A stretch of DNA of 64,000 bases from Candidatus Poribacteria bacterium. Its GTDB lineage: Bacteria; Poribacteria; WGA-4E; PCPOR2b. A program made the translations under genes and the position numbers. The notes beneath the pieces are model-generated. The model did no database searches. It was not told where the DNA came from and was given only the letters and a program-made list of their open reading frames with translations. This document shows positions 1 to 8,554 of this stretch, piece by piece (positions within the stretch are counted from its first letter, which is position 1; each line of letters starts with the position of its first letter). The stretch spans positions 3,264,001 through 3,328,000 of the forward strand of contig OZ240245.1 of NCBI GenBank assembly GCA_965198175.1. The letters run 5' to 3'.

Positions 1-883
1 CTGCCTGAATGTAGCTAGTGCTGTCAAAGCTATCGATGCCCATATAAGCCAAGATAGGCGCCAGTTCACCTGAGACGCCGAAGGCGTGAATGGGTGTATG
101 GTGACGCGCTGATTCCGGAATCGCACTTTGAACCCCGCAGATACGCTCAAGCACCTCTGAATCCCGTTTCCCTCGCAGCGGCACTAAAGAGCCGATTGCA
201 AGCCCGAATGACGGCAGCACGCCCGCAAGACGGTCGAATACCCGCCTAACATAATTCTCAATATCCGATTGGGATTGTCCATGACAGCAAACGTATAAAA
301 AGGGCGGTTGTGTTTTGGCTGAGAGCAGCGTCGCTACGCGGCAGGCATTCTCTAGACTGAGTTTCATCCGTTTCTCGGCTTCGGAACGTTCTAGCCCCGG
401 TGGTAACGGATAATCTAAAGAAGCGATCATTTCTCCTCCAAGATCTTCTTGAAGCGCGAGAATGTCATCAGCTTCGGTTTCTTTTTCAATTCCAAATTCC
501 TTCAGGTCCAACCCCGTGCTATAGAGTAATTTAAATCCACCGGAGTCGAGAAACAGCGGGGCATTATAGACACCGTTAACCTCTTGATACCATTCGCGTA
601 CGGTTTTGCTCCGCCACTTCGCCAAGTTTTTACCTTTGATTGGAAAGTCCAAAAAATGCAGGACTTGGGATAACATCGGGGTATCATGCTTCATAAAATC
701 ACGCAGAAGATATTTCCATAGTCCTCCCCCGCGAGGGGTGGAGCCGGTCATAAATGAAACCACCGGATACAAAATCGGCGTTAATAAAGGTGATAACATT
801 TCCCCATTTCGCTGCAAATGGAGCTCACCAATTCTGCCGCCTTTCCTCTGAACGATGGTGTGGTAAGTTGGAGTTGTGGTCAT
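1..883 (-). CDS. tRNA-guanine transglycosylase (TGT) family protein, archaeosine-TGT/DpdA-like; 3' end runs off the window
   Basis: Hand translation from ATG at 883 is open to position 1 (MTTTPTYHTIVQRKGGRIGEL...). It contains the TGT motifs LFLDSGGF, ASLDYP, GLAIGSLVP, PIHAFGV and GIDSFDSTSY. Not in the ORF track because it has no stop in the window. Confidence 0.85.
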   Translation of the reverse strand, partial: MTTTPTYHTIVQRKGGRIGELHLQRNGEMLSPLLTPILYPVVSFMTGSTPRGGGLWKYLLRDFMKHDTPMLSQVLHFLDFPIKGKNLAKWRSKTVREWYQEVNGVYNAPLFLDSGGFKLLYSTGLDLKEFGIEKETEADDILALQEDLGGEMIASLDYPLPPGLERSEAEKRMKLSLENACRVATLLSAKTQPPFLYVCCHGQSQSDIENYVRRVFDRLAGVLPSFGLAIGSLVPLRGKRDSEVLERICGVQSAIPESARHHTPIHAFGVSGELAPILAYMGIDSFDSTSYIQA

Positions 884-949
884 AGTAGGACGTTTTTATG
901 ACGGTGCATTTAAGGACTAGCGATGCAATGGAATTGAGTGGAGTCCGAT

Positions 950-2047
950 TTAATTATCGAATCCATAGTTTACTTGTGTAATTGGGTTTGTATGTTCAGC
1001 GGGACGGTAAAATGAACTTCTTGAGGAATGAGGTCCTTGCGTAGAATGCTCATCAGGTAGCTCATCCAGGCGCTTTTGTGCAATCCGGTTATACGATTCT
1101 TCTTTCTCAATCATCACCCATTTTCGATTCTGTTTTTCTGCGGCAACTCCGGTTGTCCCAGTTCCTGAGAATGGGTCGAGAATCAGGTCACCTTCATTGG
1201 TTCCCGCCAAGATGAGCCGCTCAACAATTTGAAGAGGCTTCTGTGAAGGGTGCTTTCCATATCTTCGTTCCGACGGTTTAGTTAGCGGGATTTCCCACAT
1301 GTTCCGCATCTGCTTGTTATTATTCATCGCCTTCATGGTATGATAGTTAAACGTCCAATTCTTTGCTTTTTTATTTTCATTGTTGACTGCCCATAAAATG
1401 AACTCTGTCGATTCCGTGAACATGCGACAGGTAATATTGGGCTGGGCATTCGGTTTATACCAGACGATCTGGGTAATGATCCGCCGGTCAAAGATATTTT
1501 GCATAATAAACCCAAGTGTGAAGATGCTGTGGAATGAACCGAAAACAAAGATGTTCCCATTCGTCTTGACGACTCTCAGAACTTCAGTGACCCAATCGAG
1601 TGTGAACTGGAAATAGTCGTCTTTTGAAAAGATATCCCAACCCTCCTGCATGGTAAAATGGGAACTGAACGCCCAGCCCAACCCCTTCTTTTGGGACATG
1701 TTGAACGGAGGGTCAGCAATGCAGCAATCGAAAACATCAGTTGGCAAAGAAGGCAGAATACTGAGGCAATCGCCGCATAAAATCTGCTTGACGGAAAGAT
1801 TTTCAGGTGAGGAATCCGGAGGTAAGGTTCGAACTGCTTCTGATGGAACTATCTGTATCTGATTTTCTGACAGGACTGTGGATTCTGCTCTCTGGTCTGG
1901 ATTGAGAGTGGACTTCGGGCGAATTGGATGAACTCCCGTTACAAGATATTGAATCAGTTCGGCTTTATTCAAAGACGAGTATCCTCTTAACCCAAGCTTT
2001 TTCGCCTCCTTTCTCAAATCTTTGTCTCGCATTTGATCGAAATTCAT
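950..2047 (-). CDS. Beta-class N6A/N4C DNA methyltransferase with N-terminal Rho-N-like (helix-extension-helix) domain
   Basis: Motif IV IADPPF precedes HPSQKP and motif I LDPFSGTGTTG (beta order). N-terminus DLRKEAKKLGLRGYSSLNKAELI matches the Rho N-terminal domain pattern. Confidence 0.9.
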   Translation of the reverse strand: MNFDQMRDKDLRKEAKKLGLRGYSSLNKAELIQYLVTGVHPIRPKSTLNPDQRAESTVLSENQIQIVPSEAVRTLPPDSSPENLSVKQILCGDCLSILPSLPTDVFDCCIADPPFNMSQKKGLGWAFSSHFTMQEGWDIFSKDDYFQFTLDWVTEVLRVVKTNGNIFVFGSFHSIFTLGFIMQNIFDRRIITQIVWYKPNAQPNITCRMFTESTEFILWAVNNENKKAKNWTFNYHTMKAMNNNKQMRNMWEIPLTKPSERRYGKHPSQKPLQIVERLILAGTNEGDLILDPFSGTGTTGVAAEKQNRKWVMIEKEESYNRIAQKRLDELPDEHSTQGPHSSRSSFYRPAEHTNPITQVNYGFDN

Positions 2048-2368
2048 TGGTTAGCCCTCTCTTTATTCCTTTACAAACGGGTCACAACTAAGACGCCCCA
2101 CAACCCATATATTGAGACTTTACACTGTAAATATGAAAACCCCATCAAATCAAATGATCTGTGGAAAATGTCGAGCTTAAGCGATATGCATAAGGATTGC
2201 GCATGTGATTGAATCATTGGGAAACAGACAATCCCTGGCACTATGTAGTGTCGGTGAAGTTGTGAGATGTGCGTGCGTAAAGTCAACGGTCGTACGGCTG
2301 GGGCGATGAGTAAACGTTAAGACTATATGATGTGGGATCTCCGGTGTGTACTGCAACATGCTCGCCTT

Positions 2369-3187
2369 CTATCGTCTCACCGTCTGCGTCGGGGTTAGAA
2401 AGGGGGTTTTTAGCATGCCCCAAATCGTCTGCCACTGCAAGTCATCGAAATCAGATAGCCCCATTTCAATGGTCCCCGGCTGTTCCTTCAAGCGAAGGGT
2501 CCTTGCCACTCGATCCCAGACTGAAAAGATACTCGAAAAGTTGGAGTCTGTTTCCGGCTGAAAACGGGAGTGATGTACCCGGTGCATATTCGGAGAGACG
2601 ATTAACACACGAAGGCAGCGATCGCATTTTTCTGGCAAGTTAACGTTGCTATGATGGAATTGAATCACTGGAAGCAGAACCAACTCATAGAGGATGATTT
2701 GCCACAAGTTCAACCCTAGCAAGGGAATGATTGCAAGCCTTAAAATTGACGAGATAACCAGTTCGCCGGTATGAAAACGGGTCGCGGTGGTGACATCCAT
2801 ATCGGGGTCGCTGTGATGCATACGATGGAAACGCCACAGCAATGGAATGACATGATTCGCACGGTGCCACAAATACATCCAGCCATCGAACAAGAGAATC
2901 GCAATCAATGCCTCTGTCCAGATTGGAAATCTCAAGGCGTGCAATAATCCGGCGGAGTGGTTTTGGCTCCAACTAGCGACCATTGCGGTTAGGCTGGCAA
3001 AGACCAGTCCGATAATCGCTGTGTTCAATACGGCAATCGCCAAGTTTCGTCCAGCGTGCCGAACTCGATGTTGACGCTCCCGGAACAGTGGCAGCCAAGT
3101 TTCTACACACCAGAGAATTAGTAAAACAGCGATTCCCACTTTAGTCTTAGTCCCGCTAAGCGTTGCAGTGAAGTCCATTTTCCCCAC
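2369..3187 (-). CDS. Sterol desaturase / fatty acid hydroxylase family membrane protein (start may be ATG 3178)
   Basis: His boxes HRANH, HRMHH, FHHSN and HRVHH, plus several TM segments. Confidence 0.9.
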   Translation of the reverse strand: MGKMDFTATLSGTKTKVGIAVLLILWCVETWLPLFRERQHRVRHAGRNLAIAVLNTAIIGLVFASLTAMVASWSQNHSAGLLHALRFPIWTEALIAILLFDGWMYLWHRANHVIPLLWRFHRMHHSDPDMDVTTATRFHTGELVISSILRLAIIPLLGLNLWQIILYELVLLPVIQFHHSNVNLPEKCDRCLRVLIVSPNMHRVHHSRFQPETDSNFSSIFSVWDRVARTLRLKEQPGTIEMGLSDFDDLQWQTIWGMLKTPFLTPTQTVRR

Positions 3188-3292
3188 CCTGAGTATTGAG
3201 ACCTAAACCAATCCGGGTATTCGATCCGCTCTGTACAGTTATTCAACGTGCCTCGGAAAATAACACGCAATGGGTTGCGCTGCGACGTAATT

Positions 3293-4519
3293 TCACTCTC
3301 CAATCACAACGCCGTATTCACCTACCACGGCGCCTCTGTGCTTGTCTTGATAGTGCATGTGCCGCTCGCCAACGATCGACTGCGTGCTCTGGACTTCGAT
3401 AGTACCGATAACATCTCCCATGGCGTTGTCGTCAACATCCCAACAGCAGAACGGTTTAATGGTATTGTGGAGTTGTCTGAGTACATTTCCATGCCTGTCA
3501 CGTATCACGATGTTGACCATCGCATCTGCCTCATCGACGTTCAAGAAGCGAAACCAGTCATGCGACCCGGTGTGGACTTCGGGGAAAAAGAGATGACGAC
3601 CGACATGACCGCCCTCCGCCGATGCACCCGGTAGATCGACAATGCTTGTACCGCTGTGCATGTGGCGTTCCGCTGCGATGGGCTGGTCGCTTTGAACCAT
3701 GATAGACGATTTTATCTTAATCGCGTCCATATCAGGAGTCCAGCATTCAAATGACTTGAGAGTCTTGTCCGCCGACCAAACAGGGTTACCGGTGCTGTCC
3801 TCCCGTGCTACCATCGTAACTTTTGCCTCTTCCTGTCCAACATTCACAACAATCGCCCAATCATGCCAGGCGGGTCCAATTTCAGGGAAGTACAGTGTTG
3901 TTGGTCCATCAGAAATTACCTGCCCAAATTGACCCACGGAAGTCTGTCCACCCTGATAGTGCAGATGCCGTTCGCCAACAACGGGTTGTGTGCTCTGTAC
4001 TTCGACAGTTCCGACCACATTTCCCATGGTCTCCTCGGCGAGATCCCAAGTACAAAGCGGTGGTATCTGCCGATGGTGTTGTCTAATAACGTCTCCATTT
4101 CTGTTGCGGATTACCAGGTTCACTAGCGCTTCTGCTTCCCCGACATTCAAAAATCGAAACCAGTCCCGTGCGCCGGACACCAGTTCTGGAAAAAAAAGAC
4201 GTTGACCGACCGTTTCATATTCGACCGCTGCGCCCACAAAATCCATAACATTGGTGCCGCCGTGCATATGCCGCTCTGCAACAATCGGCTGGTCAGCCGT
4301 GAATTGCATGGAGGAATTCTCTCCAATTGCTTCAACATTCGGTGTCCAGCATTCAAATGCGTCAATCTCCTTTTCCTCGGACCAGGTAGGCTGACCATTT
4401 GCAGGATGCCTTGCAATCGCCAATACCTTAGTGGGTTCATTCCCGACATTGACTACCTGGACCCAATCCTCCCACGCGGGACCGACTTCAGGGAAATAGA
4501 GTGTCGTTGCTCCTGGCAT
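3293..4519 (-). CDS. Hypothetical protein of four ~100-aa repeats (ABAB), each with FPE and ERH[ML]H motifs
   Basis: Internal duplication is visible in the translation. AGGAG RBS precedes ATG 4519. Confidence 0.8.
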   Translation of the reverse strand: MPGATTLYFPEVGPAWEDWVQVVNVGNEPTKVLAIARHPANGQPTWSEEKEIDAFECWTPNVEAIGENSSMQFTADQPIVAERHMHGGTNVMDFVGAAVEYETVGQRLFFPELVSGARDWFRFLNVGEAEALVNLVIRNRNGDVIRQHHRQIPPLCTWDLAEETMGNVVGTVEVQSTQPVVGERHLHYQGGQTSVGQFGQVISDGPTTLYFPEIGPAWHDWAIVVNVGQEEAKVTMVAREDSTGNPVWSADKTLKSFECWTPDMDAIKIKSSIMVQSDQPIAAERHMHSGTSIVDLPGASAEGGHVGRHLFFPEVHTGSHDWFRFLNVDEADAMVNIVIRDRHGNVLRQLHNTIKPFCCWDVDDNAMGDVIGTIEVQSTQSIVGERHMHYQDKHRGAVVGEYGVVIGE

Positions 4520-4594
4520 CGTTACATCTCCTAAAAATAGATACACATTTTACCAATCTCTCAGAGTAGAACATCGTCAGCTAAAATTACGTTC

Positions 4595-5557
4595 CTACCG
4601 AATTGCGATGGGATTGCCCGGTGACCCAGTTGCGCCCTTGAGTCTGAGAGGCGAGAAGACAAAGGCGAATTCGTAAACTTTATCTCGCACCAAGTTTTCG
4701 GTGATAAGGTTCTCAAGGTTGTAAATTCCGTTTTTTGGTAAGAACAGTTGATGGACCGGAAAGGACAGAGATTCGTCGGGATGGGGAACCACTTCAATTG
4801 CCCAAGTATCGGCGCCCGCCATGACAATTTTCTTATCAACCAAGTATTTCCCCGCCTCCAGTCCGATTCCGGGTTCGGTCGCGCCATAGCGTTCGTTGTC
4901 CGTCATCCAAAATTTCCCCCAGCCGGTATGGAATAGAACGAAGTCGCCCGGCTTGATTTCGGTTCCTTGCCGTTTTAATGCACCTTTCAAATCTGCCAAC
5001 GTGATTTCATAACCGCCTTCCAGATGTTCCACGCCCTTGTAGCCGGCGATGTCAATCAGTACACCGCGGGTAAAGAAGACGCCGACATTCTCTACGCCGA
5101 GTTTTGTCAACCCGCCAGGTTTGGCAAAATCGTGCCGATTAAACCCGTTGTAGTAGAGATCGCCGATGCCGACGTGCCCTAATCCATCGAATTGTGTGCC
5201 AACTTGACCAATCTGACCGCTGAAGATTTCATCATGCGATGTGAGCTGATTCTCGCCGGATGGATCTGTTGTGTGTGGGATTAGTAAACTGTAGTGGCGC
5301 GTACCGACTAGGGGCATGCCTACTTCATACACCCTGCCTAACTGATAGATTTTTCCTTCTTTAATTAAACTCACCGCCTCCAATACTTTTGCGGGGGTTA
5401 CACGGTTTGCCGCGCCGCGTTGGTCGTCAGAACCCCATTCGGATGGGTACCATTTTGATTCTTGAGTGATTGTCCATGTTGTCGCCAATGCGATAAATAA
5501 CATCACCATTCCGGTGAGAACTAGGGGTTTAATTCGCTGTGATTGTCTTCTAGTCAT
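4595..5557 (-). CDS. Cyclase family (kynurenine formamidase-like) metal-dependent hydrolase, exported
   Basis: WGSDDQRGAAN, GTQFDGLGH, FHTGW, NLENL and GATGSP motifs. N-terminal hydrophobic segment. AAGGAG RBS before ATG 5557. Confidence 0.88.
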   Translation of the reverse strand: MTRRQSQRIKPLVLTGMVMLFIALATTWTITQESKWYPSEWGSDDQRGAANRVTPAKVLEAVSLIKEGKIYQLGRVYEVGMPLVGTRHYSLLIPHTTDPSGENQLTSHDEIFSGQIGQVGTQFDGLGHVGIGDLYYNGFNRHDFAKPGGLTKLGVENVGVFFTRGVLIDIAGYKGVEHLEGGYEITLADLKGALKRQGTEIKPGDFVLFHTGWGKFWMTDNERYGATEPGIGLEAGKYLVDKKIVMAGADTWAIEVVPHPDESLSFPVHQLFLPKNGIYNLENLITENLVRDKVYEFAFVFSPLRLKGATGSPGNPIAIR

Positions 5558-5743
5558 TGATATCTCCTTGCGTTTGCTAACGTTTATGCTCAAGAGCGAA
5601 GCCACGTGTGAAAGGATTTTACGAAAGGTGACGACTTGAAGGGGATGTCTTTCCCTTCTCAAAATATCAGTTTAGCAGAATCAATAAGCTAAATCAAGAG
5701 AATTCATAGACACGGTACCTTCTCAAGGCGAAAAATAAAACGC

Positions 5744-5773
5744 TTGACGTCCGCTTTTTCCCTCTGCTATTAT
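5744..5773 (+). promoter_or_regulatory. Putative sigma70 promoter for tatD
   Basis: TTGACG-N18-TATTAT with extended -10 TG. Confidence 0.5.
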
Positions 5774-5866
5774 CTTCCTGTGGGAAGACTGATGTATTGA
5801 CCCGCAAGATTATTGAGATGCTGAAAGAATTTTGATCGCACATTTGAGAGGCTAGTGTACATCGCC

Positions 5867-6652
5867 ATGCTCGTTGACTCACACGCTCATATTCAACTCG
5901 ATGCGTTCGATGCGGATCGAGAGGCAGTATTGGAACGCGCCCAGGAAGAGAAGGTTCACGCCATTCTAACGATTGGATTTGATTTGGAGACGAGCCGAGG
6001 TGCGATTAGACTAGCCGAACAATACGAACAGGTCAATGCCACGGTTGGCATGCATCCCCACGATGCTAAAGATTTCAACGACGAAACCACTGAGATTTTT
6101 CGTGACCTTGCTGCCCACCCGAAGGTAGTCGCGCTTGGAGAAATAGGGCTCGACTACTACCGCGATCTCACGCCGCGTCCGATGCAGAAGATAGCGTTCG
6201 AGCAGCAGTTGAATCTCGCAGAGGAGTTAAATCTTCCAATCGTCATCCACAACCGCGAAGCCTACCACGATATCATTCCGATTTTGCAGGCGCGGCGTGG
6301 GCGAATCGAAGGCGTGATGCACTGCTTTTCTGGAGGCGTCGAAATCATGCACCATAGCCTCGAACTCGGGTTTTACATCGGAATCGGAGGTCCTGTTACA
6401 TATCGTAAATCTCACGAGCTAAAGGAGGTGGCACGCGAGGTCCCCGCGAATCGCTTGCTTGTGGAAACGGACTGCCCGTGGCTGGCACCGCAGTTTCGAC
6501 GCGGTAAACGCAACGAACCGGCTTATGTACGTGCAATAGCGGAGAAAATTGCGGAACTACGTGGCGTAACGTTGGAAGACATTGGCGAAACGACAACACG
6601 GAACTTTGAGAATCTGTTTGGGAGAAGCAAGCCGGTCGGCAAATCCGTTTAA
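5867..6652 (+). CDS. tatD: TatD family nuclease/hydrolase
   Basis: DSHAH, GMHPH, GEIGLDYY, IHNREA, HCFSG, ETDCPWLAP and RNEPA motifs. Confidence 0.95.
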   Translation: MLVDSHAHIQLDAFDADREAVLERAQEEKVHAILTIGFDLETSRGAIRLAEQYEQVNATVGMHPHDAKDFNDETTEIFRDLAAHPKVVALGEIGLDYYRDLTPRPMQKIAFEQQLNLAEELNLPIVIHNREAYHDIIPILQARRGRIEGVMHCFSGGVEIMHHSLELGFYIGIGGPVTYRKSHELKEVAREVPANRLLVETDCPWLAPQFRRGKRNEPAYVRAIAEKIAELRGVTLEDIGETTTRNFENLFGRSKPVGKSV

Positions 6653-6892
6653 GTATTAGGGAATCGGGATCTTGCGCCAGGTTCCGTGAAAACAGTGCTC
6701 AAGCCGATTATTGGAGTCCGAAACTTGGGCAATTGTCAAGCCCAATCAAAAATAGGGGCTTCTATGGACTGAAGAGTGCTTCGCTAACTTTAATATAATC
6801 AACGTGGAGCAACGCCTCTGGTCCATCAAAGGAAGCTTGATAGGGTATTCATCAATTATCAGCAATCTCGCGGTTTGTCCTACCGGCAAACG

Positions 6893-8014
6893 ATGAACAG
6901 ACTCAATCTTCGCACCTACGCTATGGTGCTTGCACTCATCTGTATCTGGGCTATCTTCACGGCAATTACCGAAGGAACATTTCTAAAGAATCGCAACCTT
7001 TCAAACCTCTCCCGTCAGGCGTCGGTGACAGCTATCCTTGCTGTCGGTATGGTGCTAGTCATTGTCTCGTCAAATATCGATCTCTCTGTCGGCTACGGTT
7101 CTGGGCTGCTTGGTGCAATCGCTGTAATTATACACGTCTGGTGGGGACAGAGCCCGTTCGTTGCGATACTTGCAACGATATGTCTGGGGATACTAATCGG
7201 GGCGGTACAAGGATTTTTCGTGGCGTATCAGCGAGTGCCCGCGTTTATTGTCACGCTGGGGGGCTTTATGGTCTGTCGCGGCTTGATGTTGGCAGCCACC
7301 AGAGGCGAGACCATCTTGCTTCCGAACGACTGGTTCAAAGCAATCGGAAATGCCTACCTTCCAAAATCAATCGGCTGGGTGTTAGCAATTACTGCCCTGA
7401 TTTTCGGCGCATATGTCTTCTATCGTCAGCGCAGAGCCCGGATAAGCTACGGGTTCACGGTGGCTTCGACGCCTATCTTCCTTCTGAAAATCGGCGGAAC
7501 ATGGGCGTTAATTATCAGTTTCATCGCCGTCATGAACAGTCATGAAGGCATTGCGCTGCCCGTTTGCATTTTGTTCGCATTAGCCCTTATCTTTCACTTC
7601 ATCGCTAACAACACCCGCTTTGGGCGTTACGTTTACGCGATTGGGGGCAATTCGGAAGCTGCGTATCTCTCTGGAATCAACGTTAGAAAAGTCACGCTGC
7701 GTGTTTTTGCAATTATGGGCGCACTCATGGGAGTTGCCGGCGTTGTGCTCGCCTCGCGGGTGGGAAGCGCAACCCCAGAAGCAGGTCGCTTACTTGAATT
7801 AGATGCAATCGCAGCTTGTGTTATCGGCGGTGCGAGTTTAATGGGTGGGCGTGGGAGCGTACCGGGCGCGGTATTGGGAGCGCTCGTGATGGAAAGTCTT
7901 AACAACGGCATGAGCATGGCAAACATGGATGCCTCATGGCAAGACATTATTAAGGGGGTCGTATTGGTGGCAGCTGTTTGGTTTGACATTGCGTCGAGAC
8001 GGCGCGGTCGGTGA
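6893..8014 (+). CDS. Sugar ABC transporter permease (XylH/GguB-like)
   Basis: IDLSVG, VPAFIVTLGG, TRFGRYVYAIGGN and ELDAIAACVIGG motifs, multiple TM helices. Confidence 0.92.
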   Translation: MNRLNLRTYAMVLALICIWAIFTAITEGTFLKNRNLSNLSRQASVTAILAVGMVLVIVSSNIDLSVGYGSGLLGAIAVIIHVWWGQSPFVAILATICLGILIGAVQGFFVAYQRVPAFIVTLGGFMVCRGLMLAATRGETILLPNDWFKAIGNAYLPKSIGWVLAITALIFGAYVFYRQRRARISYGFTVASTPIFLLKIGGTWALIISFIAVMNSHEGIALPVCILFALALIFHFIANNTRFGRYVYAIGGNSEAAYLSGINVRKVTLRVFAIMGALMGVAGVVLASRVGSATPEAGRLLELDAIAACVIGGASLMGGRGSVPGAVLGALVMESLNNGMSMANMDASWQDIIKGVVLVAAVWFDIASRRRGR

Positions 8015-8061
8015 TATCGGATAACTTGACTCATACAGAAATTGCAAAAATGGAGGAAATT

Positions 8062-8409
8062 ATGACCGTGAATTGGATGTATTCCAGAAATAGCTGAGCA
8101 TCCTGTCGAAAAGCGCAAGAGTTTCTTGACGCAAATGACATTGAAGTAAGTAGCCGAACGGATGCCCGTAAGGTGAAGTTAAATCCCACAGAGGTCTGGG
8201 AGCATTTCAAAACCGCCCATTCCATTCACGTTGCCCGGGGCAAAGAGGTCGATGTTTTCGATCCAAATGCTAGTCCGCAAGACGCCATCCTCAAAGCGGT
8301 AATGGGACGAAGCGGAAACCTGCGCGCACCCACGCTACAACTCGGAGATACGTTTTTCGTGGGGTTCAATGCGAAGCTATACGATTCTAACGACATGAGC
8401 GCTGCGTGA
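8062..8409 (+). CDS. ArsC/Spx-like thioredoxin-fold selenoprotein (UxxC; TGA at 8095-8097 read as Sec)
   Basis: GGAGG RBS then ATG 8062 in frame with ORF 8173-8409: MTVNWMYSRNS-U-ASCRKAQEFL...GRSGNLRAPTL...VGFN. SECIS-like hairpin follows the TGA. Confidence 0.8.
8104..8140 (+). promoter_or_regulatory. Putative bacterial SECIS element
   Basis: TGTC/GACA lower stem, GCG-CAAGA/TCTTG-A-CGC upper stem and apical loop GTT, directly 3' of the in-frame TGA. Confidence 0.6.
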
Positions 8410-8554
8410 CACGGACACACAGGAATGTAGCTTTCGACAACATTGAGTGCGCGGGGAAACAATGTTATCATCCGTCCCACCGGAATGCAGGAAATTTTAT
8501 GATAAAAAATTCCGGCTACGGTGTCTTTAAAAGAAAAGCACGAAAGCATCCAAC

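Noticed and set aside
502..851. Track ORFs 502-687 and 606-851
   Set aside because: Shadow frames overlapping the TGT-like gene at 1-883.
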